A stretch of DNA of 64,000 nucleotides from Pelagomonas calceolata (GCA_918797485.1 CAKKNE010000004.1:4216001-4280000), one strand, 5' to 3'. Positions 47,041-57,981 are shown, numbered from the stretch's first letter. Numbers and translations are program-made. Notes: generated by a model from the letters alone, not told the origin.

Positions 47041-50000
47041 TTACAACTCCGCCAACCTCAGACACCCGTCCTTGGCCGCCGAAAAGACCTTTCCGTCGTC
47101 GACGACGGCCAGCGCCACGACGGAGGATGAGTGGTTCGCGAGGCACCGCGCGCGGCAGGCGCCCGTCCGCGCGTCCCAGGCCTTGACGAGGCCGTCGGCG
47201 CCGCCCGTGACGAGGAGCCCGCTGCCTTTTGATGAAGTGAAGGCGACGGCCGTGACGGCCAGGGCGTGCGCCTCCCACGCTCTCAATTGTTTCCCGCGGT
47301 GGTGGTCCCACAACCTAACCTTGCCGTTCGTCGCGCCGCAGGCTAACGTACTCCCGGGCTGCGTCGGCGTTTGAGCGGAGCGCGGCTTCGGGATGACGGC
47401 TAACGCTTGGACGAAGCCTCTTTGGGAGCGTAAGGCGCGCATGCAGGCTCCCGACGTTCGAGCCCACACATGGACCGTCGTATCTCGAGCGCCAGATAAG
47501 ACGCCGCCCTTGGCGTTGTCCAGCGAGGGGTCCTGCACGAGAGTAGTCACCGCCCCGAAGTGCTGCGTCATCGCATATTTTTGTCTTCCACATCTCAAGT
47601 CCCAGGCCCTGATGGACGTATCTCTCGAAGCAGACCAGACGACGTGGTCCTGGTCCACGCATAACGCGTTGACCGCGTCGGCGTGGCCCCGTAGAACCAT
47701 GGTCTGCGGCCGTCGCAACCGCACGTCCCAGAGTCGCACCGTATGATCGGAAGAAGCGGTAACCACACAACCCGCCCAGGGCGTGCCTCTTCTTTGGTCT
47801 CGCGACTCGGGCCCGCCCAGCACCTGGACCTTCGTCACGCGCCCGTCATGACCTTCCAACGCGTGCAGCAAACACTCCGTCTCGACGCACCAGACCCGCC
47901 CGACGCCGTCGTCGCTCCCCGTGACGCAGCGCGCGCCGTTCGTCGTGAGCACGCACGTCGCCACGGACGGCGTCGCGTCGGCGAGCGCCGCCCTATCTAG
48001 GACCCCGGCCGGCGCCGTCCTTGATCTAATCCGAGAATGTGGAGAGCGAGCGCTCTTCAGCGAGTCGAGGGCCGGTCGTAAAGTTGCGGCGATCTTACAG
48101 TCCTCGTCGCGATGGTCCACGACAACCACTCTACCATCGTTGGACGCACACGCGAGCAACCCGCCCGACGGAGCGGCGGCTAAACAGGTAATGGGCGCGC
48201 CGCGATGCACCAAGTCTTCCTTGACCTCCGGCGCTGGTGGTGGTACTGACTCCAGGTCGTCGTCGGACGAACATTCGAGGAGAGGCGGCCGCGGCACCTC
48301 GCGCCCCCTTAGTGAATCGCCCTCCGTCGCCGGCCGGCGCTGCTCGGGCCGCTTCCCGATAATCGCCGGGTCGTAGGCGCGGTCCTTCATCGTGTCGAGG
48401 AACTCGCTCTGGATGGCGGCCGCATCATGCAATCGGCGCTCGGCGCTCGGCATGCCGTGGAGCGCCGCCGCCCGTCTTAATGCTTCCTTGGCGCGCGGCT
48501 CCGGCGACGCGTCGTTCACGCGCCTTGGCTCCGGCGAGGCCGCCTTCGGCGTTTGATTGGCCTCGAGCGGCGGGATGCGGCCCCGCGGCGGCGTGGCCGT
48601 GAACTGCGGGGGGCCGTCGTCCTCCAGGCGCGGCACCTGGCGCTGCGGGCCCCGCCGCGGCGACGCCGCGTCCTCTCCACCGATAGCGGTGCGGAGCGTG
48701 CGCCTTGCAATTTCAGCGTCGTGCGCGCCGACGACGTCGTCCGTCGGCCGCGCGACGTCATCATCTAAAACGCGCGGCGACATGCGCCGCACGCCGCCGC
48801 GCGGTTCGTCGAACAACGGCACCTGGAGACTATCGGCCCGCGGCCTCGGGTCCCGCGGCGGCCGCGGCGACCGCGGGTCCGGCGAACTTCGCAAATCCTT
48901 CTCGCGCCGCTGCAGCTGCCGCAGCTCCCCATCCAAGTCGTCGCGTCGTAACGGCGGGTCGCCCGGCGCGCTGATCTGCACGCGGCGCTGCTTGAGCATG
49001 GTCCGCGGGCCCCGCTGGTTCTTCTCCTCCCGATAAGTCTCCGCCGCCGTCGGCGGCAGGCGCTTTTGTGGAGACGCCATGGGTTTCAAATCTTCGGACG
49101 ACGGGCCGCGCCGTCTTAGAGTTGAGGGAGACCGCATCTGATCTGGTGGCGGCCGCTGCTCGTCGCGCTGCCTCCTCAAAACTTTTGCCGGCGAGACGTC
49201 TTCGTCGTCGGACGCGACGAGTCTTCGTTCAAAGACGGTCGCGTCCGTCACGACCCGCAACGAGTGGCTCCGGCGCATCGCGTCCAGACCCTCCGTGGCC
49301 GACGCCGTCGACGGCCTCAAAACATTCTCGCGCGGCGACGTCACGAACTGGTTCAACAACGGCCGCGGCGCCGCCGCGACGAACCGCTGCAACAGTAAGG
49401 CGGAGACCTCCGGCCGCAGTTTCGGATCCCGATCAAAGCACAAGACCAGAAAGTCGTGGCCGGCAGTACCCAGTGAGGAAGGCATCTCCGGCAATTCTTC
49501 GACGCAGGCGATGTGGTACATCGCCGTGACGGGGTTGCTGTATTGGGACCAGGGCGGCCGGCCCGTCGCCATCTCGATGATGGTGCAGCCGACGGACCAG
49601 ACGTCGGCCTTGCGCCAGGAGTTCTGGGGGCCCGTCGACTTGATGACTTCTGGAGCCATCCAGAGCGGCGTGCCCTTCGCGTGGCCTCCTGTGGCATGTA
49701 AAGTGCTGCCCGAGACCTCCCTTGTGCGCTTCGACGCCCCAAAGTCGGCGAGCTTTACGATCCCATCTTGCGACAGGAGGGCGTTGGCCGCTTTCACATC
49801 TCGATGCGCGATGCCGTTCGCGTGCAGGTACTCGAGTCCCAGCAGGATCTGTCTAGCGTACAACCTGACAACGCGTTCTTCTAACCTCCCGAACCTATCT
49901 AATAATGAACGGAGGGAGCCGCCCGAGACGTACTCCAGGAAGATGGCTAGCGTGTCCGACCGCGAATCGACACCGAGATACCGCACAATGTTGGGATGGC

Positions 50001-50976
50001 CGAGGTTCTTCAAAGTGCGGACCTCGTTCTCCAACGCGTGCCGTTCTCGAGAACTCACTTCTTCAGCCTCGAGCATCTTCACGGCCATCAGCTCGCCCGT
50101 GTCTAAGTTCAGACCCAGATACACAGTCCCAAAAGCGCCCTTGCCGACGAGCTCGCCGCGCTGCCACCGTATCCGTCGCTCCGTGGGTTGCGGGGCCACC
50201 TTCGCACTTCTGGGCCTTAAGTCGGGAGGCTGGTTGTCGTCGGACAACGACTCGGCCAACGAGCCGTCGTCGACGATCGAGGTCGCTCGAGGCCGCTGCT
50301 CCAGCGGGTCCAATCGCCGTTCCTTGATCGGTGACACGTGTCTTCGGGGCGTCACTTGCGTCTCCGCTTCGGTCTGCGGCGGTAGGGGCGACGCCGGCGC
50401 CCGCAGGGGATCCAGCACGCGCTCGCGCGCATGCGGCGTCGGTGAAGAAATCAGAGCGTGCAATCTTCGGGGAGTCACGGGCGACGTGGGAGGCGGCGAA
50501 ACATCTCTGGAAGCCGTAACCACGTCGTCCTCGTCTTCCAGAGCTGCTGATCGAGCATCCGTCAGCGGCGACACTCGACCTCTCTCAGGTCTCTCAAAGT
50601 CGTCCTCGTAGACCCTATCTTCTTCGAGCTTCATGACGCGCACGTTCTGGGAATTCGTCGAGGAGAACCCATCCAGCAACTCGTTCAGGTCGTTCTGCGA
50701 GGCCAGGGTGATCAAATCCCCGTCGGCGTCCTGATACGCTAGAGCGAGCTCGAACCCGTAATCCGACGTGAGCCTTTGTTTGAGCGCACGAAACGACACG
50801 CTCTCGCCCCGTCTGACGTTCACTACTCTAATGGCTCTTCGATGATGGAACTTGAGGCGCAGCAGGTCCCGCCGCGTCACACGTTCCAGCGATGGAGTGG
50901 GCGGCGGGTTCGACGCGGGCGACTGGGGCGGCGTGCGGTCCTCCTCCCGCGGACAGGCGAGCTCGGGGTCCAGCAT
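47041..50976 (-). CDS. MAP kinase kinase kinase (STE11/MEKK type) with N-terminal PB1 and C-terminal WD40 repeats
   Basis: LAYQDADGDLITL PB1 acidic motif; WQRGELVGKGAFGTV, HRDVKAAN, GTPLWMAPE; several GH..WD repeats. Confidence 0.92.
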   Translation of the reverse strand: MLDPELACPREEDRTPPQSPASNPPPTPSLERVTRRDLLRLKFHHRRAIRVVNVRRGESVSFRALKQRLTSDYGFELALAYQDADGDLITLASQNDLNELLDGFSSTNSQNVRVMKLEEDRVYEDDFERPERGRVSPLTDARSAALEDEDDVVTASRDVSPPPTSPVTPRRLHALISSPTPHARERVLDPLRAPASPLPPQTEAETQVTPRRHVSPIKERRLDPLEQRPRATSIVDDGSLAESLSDDNQPPDLRPRSAKVAPQPTERRIRWQRGELVGKGAFGTVYLGLNLDTGELMAVKMLEAEEVSSRERHALENEVRTLKNLGHPNIVRYLGVDSRSDTLAIFLEYVSGGSLRSLLDRFGRLEERVVRLYARQILLGLEYLHANGIAHRDVKAANALLSQDGIVKLADFGASKRTREVSGSTLHATGGHAKGTPLWMAPEVIKSTGPQNSWRKADVWSVGCTIIEMATGRPPWSQYSNPVTAMYHIACVEELPEMPSSLGTAGHDFLVLCFDRDPKLRPEVSALLLQRFVAAAPRPLLNQFVTSPRENVLRPSTASATEGLDAMRRSHSLRVVTDATVFERRLVASDDEDVSPAKVLRRQRDEQRPPPDQMRSPSTLRRRGPSSEDLKPMASPQKRLPPTAAETYREEKNQRGPRTMLKQRRVQISAPGDPPLRRDDLDGELRQLQRREKDLRSSPDPRSPRPPRDPRPRADSLQVPLFDEPRGGVRRMSPRVLDDDVARPTDDVVGAHDAEIARRTLRTAIGGEDAASPRRGPQRQVPRLEDDGPPQFTATPPRGRIPPLEANQTPKAASPEPRRVNDASPEPRAKEALRRAAALHGMPSAERRLHDAAAIQSEFLDTMKDRAYDPAIIGKRPEQRRPATEGDSLRGREVPRPPLLECSSDDDLESVPPPAPEVKEDLVHRGAPITCLAAAPSGGLLACASNDGRVVVVDHRDEDCKIAATLRPALDSLKSARSPHSRIRSRTAPAGVLDRAALADATPSVATCVLTTNGARCVTGSDDGVGRVWCVETECLLHALEGHDGRVTKVQVLGGPESRDQRRGTPWAGCVVTASSDHTVRLWDVRLRRPQTMVLRGHADAVNALCVDQDHVVWSASRDTSIRAWDLRCGRQKYAMTQHFGAVTTLVQDPSLDNAKGGVLSGARDTTVHVWARTSGACMRALRSQRGFVQALAVIPKPRSAQTPTQPGSTLACGATNGKVRLWDHHRGKQLRAWEAHALAVTAVAFTSSKGSGLLVTGGADGLVKAWDARTGACRARCLANHSSSVVALAVVDDGKVFSAAKDGCLRLAEL

Positions 50977-51489
50977 GCTGGATAGCGGCCGCTGCCGTCG
51001 GATACCGGGGCACGGTCCGTGCGGCTGCCGGCTGGGGCCGGCCGGATATCGGGGGTTCCGCCGGCGCGCGGGGCACGGGGGCAGCCTCCCTGTTCAAAGA
51101 CGTCCAACGATGGCTAGGGTGGTCCTCGCGCGCCGCGGGCGAAGCCCCACAAGGTGCATCAGGCCGGCACGCCGCCGAGATTTCACCGGCATCGTGCGGG
51201 GTTCTGCAGCCGCGCACGCGTGGGGTCGGCGACGGCTCCTCGCGGCGACGGCTACAGCAGCGCGGGAGAGCTCACGGCGCCGCATGCAACAAAACGAGGA
51301 TGGAAACTCAAATTGACACGCAAACGGACGCGTGCCTCCGGCCGGGAAGCGTCCCCCGGCAAGCACCGGGGCGCCCCCGAAGCATAGGACGCGGAACGTG
51401 CCCGGAGAATAGTAGGGGGGTTCGCCTAAAATCTCAAGACACAAGCTCGTGGAGGCGCGGGAAGCAGGCAAAGCCCTCGCGAGGCGCTC

Positions 51490-52791
51490 ATGGCGGCCGC
51501 CGGGCAGCCCCTCGCCTGCGGCGAGCCGCCGAGCTCGGTCATCGCCGCGACTCGCCTCCGCGCCCTCGTGCAGCACGTCCGTCGCCAGAGCCACAAAACA
51601 CGACTTCGCTCCTGCCCTCTTAAAACCCCCCGGGGGCACCGCGCGGCCCCGGGGCTGCCCTCGGGGCCTTTCCCATGACATAGAGAGGCCCTCCCCCGAA
51701 TTTGGCGTGCAGGGGCAGCCCCGCCCCCGAGGCGCGCATGTCCGATATCGGGAGGCTTCTCCGGAAAGTGGAGAAAGCCGGGAACGCGCCCCCGATGCGC
51801 TCGCCCGGCCCACACACTCTTATATGAACCCCCGCGCCCCGGAACACTGTTCAACATTTGAATTCCGCCGCAGGAGGACCTCTATCGGCCTCGGCCCGAC
51901 TACCTCGAGGCGGTCCAGCGCGACGGCATGAGCCCGCAGTGGCGGCCCAAGATCATGGCCTGGTTCGATCAATTGGGCGACTCGTTCCAGCTCAAGGCCG
52001 AGACGCTGGCCATGGCCACGAACTACTTAGATAGATACTTGTCGCGGCGGTCCTGCGGCAACGTGTCCTTCCAGCTCGCGTCGATCGCGTCCATCTTCCT
52101 CGCGTCGAAGATCGAGGAAACGAGACCGTTCCGCACGTCGGACTTCGTGACGCTGAGCGACGGCCTCTTCACGGCCTCGGACCTGCGGCTCATGGAGCTC
52201 GAGCTCCTCTGCACGCTCAAGTGGCACCTGAACCCCCCGACCGTCCACGCGGCCGCGCACCTCCTCGCCGGACTCTTAGAAGACATCCCCGAGGCGGCGG
52301 GCCCGTGCGTCGACCACGAGGAGGTCGCGGACCGCGCCTGCGCCTACGCCGACAAGGTGCGCGCCGACGCCGCCTTCCTCGAGTACCCGCCGTCCATGGT
52401 CGCCGTCGCGACGGTCATCTGCGCTTTGAAGGCCACGGACGCGCCCATCGACGTCGTCCAGGCCTGGATGGCGCGCGTCGAGCAGGTCCGCCTCCCCTAC
52501 GCCGACGCGCCCGACGCTTCCGCGAGAGTCATGAAGTGCGGTTTGAGGATTCTCGAGCTCAACGGCTTGGGCGACGAGCTGCGGGACGTCGACGCGTGCG
52601 CGGCCGACGCCGAGGTCGAGGCGGCCATGCAGTCCGAGTTCACGGAGGCCTCCGACGCGTCGTCCTCATTGGATGACCTCTCGGACCGCAATTCGCCGTC
52701 CAGTGTCATGGAGATCGACTCGGCCAACTGGCAGGGCCCGGACCTCCGCGCGGGCGCGCACTTCTTCCCCAAGAATGGTAGCGCCTACTGA
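51490..52791 (+). CDS. CYCD: D-type cyclin, join(51490..51576,51874..52791)
   Basis: Exon 1 MAAAGQPLACGE..RLRALVQH contains LxCxE. A GT..CAG intron at 51577-51873 joins in frame to EDLYRPRPDYL..WRPKIMAWF..ATNYLDRYLS..LASKIEE cyclin box. Confidence 0.85.
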
Positions 52792-53059
52792 ACATCGCCG
52801 CGGGACTCCCTCTCGACGAAACGAGGAGAGCCTAACCCCGCGCCCCACTCTTTTTCCACATCGCGCTCCGGTCTACGCGTCCGCCCCAGGGCGCGTTCAA
52901 GCCGTACGCCACAAGGCGGCGACTCGACTGCGCAGCAGCCTAGCTTTTAGAATTCCCCGCCCCCGTGCATAAATTAGTAAACATCGAACCTAGGACCGGT
53001 TGGCGATGTCCCTGGTGATCTACCCTGGCGCGTGCCGCGTTTTTTATGAGCTCCGATTG

Positions 53060-53081
53060 CTAGTGTCTTACTGGCCGCTAG
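53060..53081 (+). promoter_or_regulatory. CTAG element (CTAGTGTCTTACTGGCCGCTAG)
   Basis: Core copy 175 bp upstream of the ATG at 53256. Confidence 0.7.
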
Positions 53082-53255
53082 CATTAGGCAGAGCACCGCA
53101 CTTTTTGTGGCTCATTGCAAGCTCTACAGGGGCCCATAAGGCTAGCCAGGCACAGAGCAGCACTTCTCAAATAGTGCGTTCACCAGCAGAAGCAAGACTT
53201 GCACGACTTTGCTTGCATTCAGTGCACAACAACCCCATCAGATTCTGCTTGTGCA

Positions 53256-53669
53256 ATGCCTCGACACATGCTCATCGCGACTCTCTTGACGGCGCATGTA
53301 TGCACATCGCTGCGTCAGCTACCGCGACAACACGCCCTCCAACGCCGCGCCATTGCCGCGCCGTCGCTGGCATTCCTCGCGGCGGTCGCGGCTCCCGCGG
53401 CGACAGCGCTCCCTCCGCCGGAAGGCTGTAAATGGATAGGGGAAGGTACGAATCGGCGCCGCATCACGCTATCGACGCGACTTTCATCGCTCTCAACGCA
53501 CGCAGGCGAATACCCCGGCCGCAAGTCGGGCCAGGACGTCAAGCTCATCAACGCGAACTTGGACTGCAACGAGAACTTCGTGAAGGGCTTCGGCGTGTCC
53601 GAATTCATCGTCACGCCGGCCATCCTCGGGCTAGCGGCAGTCCTAGCAAATATAAACAAAGAGGAATAG
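53256..53669 (+). CDS. Small putative thylakoid membrane protein, probable 60-nt intron at 53446-53505
   Basis: Signal peptide, QRRA..AFLAAVAAPAATA motif, Cys pair and C-terminal transmembrane segment. GTACGA...CGCAG is an in-frame intron candidate. Confidence 0.65.
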   Translation: MPRHMLIATLLTAHVCTSLRQLPRQHALQRRAIAAPSLAFLAAVAAPAATALPPPEGCKWIGEGTNRRRITLSTRLSSLSTHAGEYPGRKSGQDVKLINANLDCNENFVKGFGVSEFIVTPAILGLAAVLANINKEE

Positions 53670-53678
53670 TCTATGTAC

Positions 53679-56600
53679 TTAGCGGCTCCGCGGCGGCCCC
53701 CGTCGCTTCGGCGCCTTCGACCGCGGCCGCGCCGCGTACCAGTTGTGTCTCCGGGAAGTCCCCCTAAACTCAGGATTCAGCGCCACGAGCATCTGCTCGC
53801 CGTCCTCGCACGTGATGAGCCAGGTCCGCTCCTTCGGGACCTGCACACCCCTATCATCTCTAAGGACCTCCTTCTTGAAGGCATTTCTCCTAATCTTGGC
53901 CTCGCCCCAGCCGTAGGGCGCGTCCCACTTGAAGCGTATTCGCAGGCCGTTGTCCGGCCTCGACAGGATGTCCTCCTCGACGTCCGAGGGGCAGTCCGAT
54001 AGGACCTCCGAGGGCTGGAGCGGAGGCGCCTCGTATTGATCACCATCATCTTTGGGCGGCTTCCGCATTTTTTTCGGAGACGACGCCTGTACATCGTCAT
54101 CATCCAAGGCGCGCTTCTTGCTGGACGGTTTCTTCCTCGGTGACGGCGGCTCCGACTCCCGACGTTTCCTCCGCACCGACGCCAGAGCACCTGCTAAGTG
54201 TGTAGATCGAGCCTTCTTCTTCAGCTTCTTCGGGAAGAGGGCCACGGGAACTAGCGACAAACCCTCGGCCCTTAATTTGACGCGTATCTGAACCGTCGAA
54301 TCTCGGGTGGACGACTGTTTGGTGCCGATGACCGCGATGAGCTCGGGAGGCGTCGCGTAGGGCGGCTTCGCGGCCTCCAACGCGGCCTGCCTCGCTTCTT
54401 CCATCGCCTGCCTCCTTTCTGCAGCTTTTTGCGCTTTCGCGCGCCGAGCCTCGGCCTGGGCCCGTTTTTTTGCCTTGCGCTCCTCGGGATCCGTGCCGCA
54501 CGTGTGCTTGACGTGGCGGCCGCGGCAGGCCTCGCAACTCAGCTCTTCCTTGGTCAATTCCTCCTCGGGTTCCTCCTCCTCTTCTTCCACTGGAGGTACC
54601 TCTACTTCCACAGGTGTCTCCGTGACCGGGCACCTAACTCTCACAGAGAGTGCTTGAGTACGCATGTGTAAGGGTGCGTGGTCCGGGTCCTCGTACGCCT
54701 CAAATTTCTTCGGCGCTCTAGGTCTCGAACTTCTCCGACGAGAAAAGCCGCAGTCTTCGCCACCTAAAACTTCATCTCGCAGCACGGACTTCGCGCTGCC
54801 ACAGGCGTTGGACTTGAACACTACGAGCACTCTAGCTAATGATCGAGATAAATCATCATCGTTTGCGCCCCAGGGGCCCGCCCGGCCTTGCGCGAGTACT
54901 ACTAATTCACGAAACACGCCCGACCCGCCAATCACGTTCGTGTTGCAGCCTATGGCGGACCGCGCGACGTCCATGACCTCCTCGCGAGCCTTCTCTCGGA
55001 ACGCCGTGTCGGCGGGGTCGGGCTTCGAAGCTTTGGGCGCTTGCGAATGGTCACATTTCTCGAGTGGACCGGCGTACTTTGCCAGTTCGAGGGCCATCAT
55101 GTGCGACGCGCCGTGCGTCTGCGAGACCATGATCCGGTCGTTCCAGTGCCGGTACGCTAATTCGGGCATGTCCCTTCGATCCCGATACTTGGCCAGTGCG
55201 CCTACTCGTCGGAAGCCATGTCGTTCATAGAAAGGCACCGCACTCTCCGTCGCCTGCAGGGCCACGTAGGTAGGTACGGGCCTCGTTTCCACATCCGTAG
55301 CCTGTAAATCATCGTCATCTTGCCGATTGTCGAAGTTGGTGGTAGTATAGGTACGAGTAGAAGCCTGTTCCAGACATTGCTTGAGGAGTAGTCCACCACA
55401 ACCAAGTCCACCCAACAACGACACCTCGAGGACGTCGGGCCACTCGGTCATGCGCGCGTCCGACGAACAGACTTGGCACGCCGTCGCCTCGAGGGCATCA
55501 GACAAAACGCCGTCGGTGTCGCGCTTCTCGGCCATGGCCAAGTCAGCAGCACTTTTAGCCGCTTGCGTCGCCGCAGCGATGTACGCGCGCAGCTTCTTCT
55601 CGTCGGCCCTGGCCCTTGGATCGGAAATGTCCGCCAAATCGGCGTCGTCGAATTCGTCGTCAGAGTTGTGCCTCGCGTTGACCCTAATCCTCCTACCACA
55701 ATTGGGGTCGTAGTCGGCGACGCCCCAGGCTCGCGGGTCTCTCGACGCCCATCTCAAGGTTTTATCCCAGGACGCAAAGGTCCCTAACATGCAAAAGCCC
55801 TGCATCTGTTTGCTTTCGTTGTCCCTGCAGACCAAGCCCCAGGGCTCGTCCGCCGCGAGCGCTACTCTGTCATACATATAATCGGCAGCTAAAGGCTTGT
55901 CGAAGTAGCGCGCGCCTCTGTTCTTCGAGACTGCTTGTCTTCGCGCGGCCTCGTTGCAGACCCACATCATCTCCGGTAATAATTCTTTCCAGGTATCTCT
56001 ACCTTCCACGGTCTCGATGGTAGAAGACGTAGCAAAAATTTCAGGATCCCGGTTCGCCCAGGGCGTCTTCAGCACATCATACGGAGGCTTCTGCATCCGC
56101 AGCACCATGGCCGCGGCGCCGTCGGACGGGTCCAGTACCGGAGGAGGCGCTTCGTCCTTGTCCTGCTTGCGGGGCCGCCCCCGCTTCTTCTTCTTTTCGA
56201 CGGGCTCCTTCCACTTCTTCGCCGTGGCCTTGCGAGGGCCGTCACTATCCGACTCGTCATCACTTAGGATCTCGTCGTCGCCCTCGGACAAATGGCCGTT
56301 GTCGGGGTACTTGTCGGCGTCGTGCTTGTTGACCGCGCGGAAGAAGTCCTTGTCCCTTACGGAATCGTCGTAGTTGACCTTCTTGGCGGCACTGCGTTTC
56401 CTTCGGCCCGTGTCGGTGTAGACCGGTTCCTCTACTTGTGTTTCTGGCGCCGTGTTGTGGTTCCTTATGGAAGCTGGCACTGGCGGCTCATCATCTTCTT
56501 CTAACTGGGTGGCGCGCTTTTTTGGAGGAGACTCCTCCGTGGGCTCGTCTTCGTCCTCCGCGAGCTTGGTGGAGCTCCGGCGGCGCGGCGGCGGCTCCTC

Positions 56601-56870
56601 CGTGGACTCATCCACCTCATCTTCGTTAAGCTTCGTCGCGCTCCGGCGGCGGCGCGGCGGCGCGTCCTCCTCCTCTTCGGGCTGGCCGCGCGGCAGGCTC
56701 CGTCGACGCCGCGGCGGCGCCTCGTCCTCCTCCATAAACTCGTCCTCTTCCTCCTCCTCCTCGTCGTCGTCCGGGACCTCGAAGTCAGCGTCCTTGGGGT
56801 CGTCCACCGGGTCCTCCTCGCTCGACAGCCGCTCCTCGGACGAGTCGACCTTCTCGTCGGAGGAGTCCAT
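53679..56870 (-). CDS. Nuclear GNAT-type acetyltransferase with acidic N-terminus, AT-hook and Cys/His motif
   Basis: LLGGLGCGGLLL..VALQATESAVPFYERHGF (GNAT motifs A/B); KRGRPRK; CEACRGRHVKHTC. Confidence 0.75.
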   Translation of the reverse strand: MDSSDEKVDSSEERLSSEEDPVDDPKDADFEVPDDDEEEEEEDEFMEEDEAPPRRRRSLPRGQPEEEEDAPPRRRRSATKLNEDEVDESTEEPPPRRRSSTKLAEDEDEPTEESPPKKRATQLEEDDEPPVPASIRNHNTAPETQVEEPVYTDTGRRKRSAAKKVNYDDSVRDKDFFRAVNKHDADKYPDNGHLSEGDDEILSDDESDSDGPRKATAKKWKEPVEKKKKRGRPRKQDKDEAPPPVLDPSDGAAAMVLRMQKPPYDVLKTPWANRDPEIFATSSTIETVEGRDTWKELLPEMMWVCNEAARRQAVSKNRGARYFDKPLAADYMYDRVALAADEPWGLVCRDNESKQMQGFCMLGTFASWDKTLRWASRDPRAWGVADYDPNCGRRIRVNARHNSDDEFDDADLADISDPRARADEKKLRAYIAAATQAAKSAADLAMAEKRDTDGVLSDALEATACQVCSSDARMTEWPDVLEVSLLGGLGCGGLLLKQCLEQASTRTYTTTNFDNRQDDDDLQATDVETRPVPTYVALQATESAVPFYERHGFRRVGALAKYRDRRDMPELAYRHWNDRIMVSQTHGASHMMALELAKYAGPLEKCDHSQAPKASKPDPADTAFREKAREEVMDVARSAIGCNTNVIGGSGVFRELVVLAQGRAGPWGANDDDLSRSLARVLVVFKSNACGSAKSVLRDEVLGGEDCGFSRRRSSRPRAPKKFEAYEDPDHAPLHMRTQALSVRVRCPVTETPVEVEVPPVEEEEEEPEEELTKEELSCEACRGRHVKHTCGTDPEERKAKKRAQAEARRAKAQKAAERRQAMEEARQAALEAAKPPYATPPELIAVIGTKQSSTRDSTVQIRVKLRAEGLSLVPVALFPKKLKKKARSTHLAGALASVRRKRRESEPPSPRKKPSSKKRALDDDDVQASSPKKMRKPPKDDGDQYEAPPLQPSEVLSDCPSDVEEDILSRPDNGLRIRFKWDAPYGWGEAKIRRNAFKKEVLRDDRGVQVPKERTWLITCEDGEQMLVALNPEFRGTSRRHNWYAARPRSKAPKRRGPPRSR

Positions 56871-57313
56871 CGTTGTCTGGGTGCTCCGCGGTGCTCGTGC
56901 GCGGCTCGCGCGGTGCTGGCGCGGGGTTCGCGCGTCGGCTTGGACGGCTGCTGCTGTCGCGCGCAGTGTTTTGCTGCAGGAATGGGCAGGCTGTCTTTGC
57001 AGCTTTTGCTACGCGCACCGATTTGCGCGGCTCAAAAACTGCACAGCGCTTCAGAAATGATTGAAAGGACCACGACTGCGACTCGCACGCTTGTCAGGGG
57101 CCCCGCGGTGCACCTATATTTGGCAGGCACAACTCAAAAAACTCGAAGCTGGGCTACGGCTTCTCCACTTTTCTACGGGTCGCGAAGGGCCACGGCGACC
57201 GCTGACCACCCGCCGAGAGGAATAGAACGCAAATTCGGGACTCCAAGACTGACAAAACGGGTTCGGCCTGCCCACAGCCAGCTTGATTGTCTCCGTTTTA
57301 CGCGCTGAGACCG

Positions 57314-57777
57314 ATGAGCGCACTACTTAGAGCAGCGCGGTACGCATACGGTGTCATAGAATCACGTCTGCGAGAACTGGGCGCCGCCGCGCGCCCTTCG
57401 CCGAGCAATCAGCAGTCTTGCATCAACCACATGAACCGCCGCGGAGCGCCAGCGCACGCGCGCGAATCTCTCGCCGCCACCGAGGCTGACGCGCGCCCGG
57501 TCTCAACCGTGTATCTCACCCGCCCCGCGCCCGCAGGCTCGCCGCGCCGCGCTTCGCCGCGCCCGCGCGCGCCCGGGCCGCCGCGCCGCGCCTCGTCGCC
57601 GCGCGGCCGCTCGCGACGGAGTCGGAGGTCGTCGAGGTGCGGGAGGACGGCGTCGTCGTGCCGGAGCTGGTAGAGACGCTCGAGTGGGTGCTTGACTCGC
57701 CGCCGCCGCTCCATCAGTTCGAGGAGTCGCCCATCATCGTGGAGATCGCCGGCATCGAGCCGGCCGCGTCGCGGTAG
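57314..57777 (+). CDS. cox1-c: Nucleus-encoded C-terminal fragment of cytochrome c oxidase subunit 1 (Cox1-c), join(57314..57339,57537..57777), 88 aa
   Basis: 197-nt GTACGC..CGCAG intron. Arg/Ala presequence without acidic residues. TLEWVLDSPPPLHQFEESP matches the Cox1 C-terminal LEW..SPP..H.F motif. Confidence 0.85.
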
Positions 57778-57981
57778 AGGCCTCCCCCTTTCTGCTAAGA
57801 CCGGTATTGTTTATTACGCATCGCTCCCACCCCGCACGTCTGGCTCTCAGAGTGTGAGCCTGGCCCAGCACAACACTGTGCGCGGACGCCTGCGCGACGA
57901 CACACGAAGGAACGAGTGCGCGACGTACAACTACTCGTGAGAAGCTGGTAGACCGCGATACCTTATCGCGAACGCGCACCA

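Noticed and set aside
51300..51329. Extra cyclin exon METQIDTQTD with a GC donor
   Set aside because: I found no acceptor that joins it in frame; the ATG at 51490 already gives a complete LxCxE cyclin.
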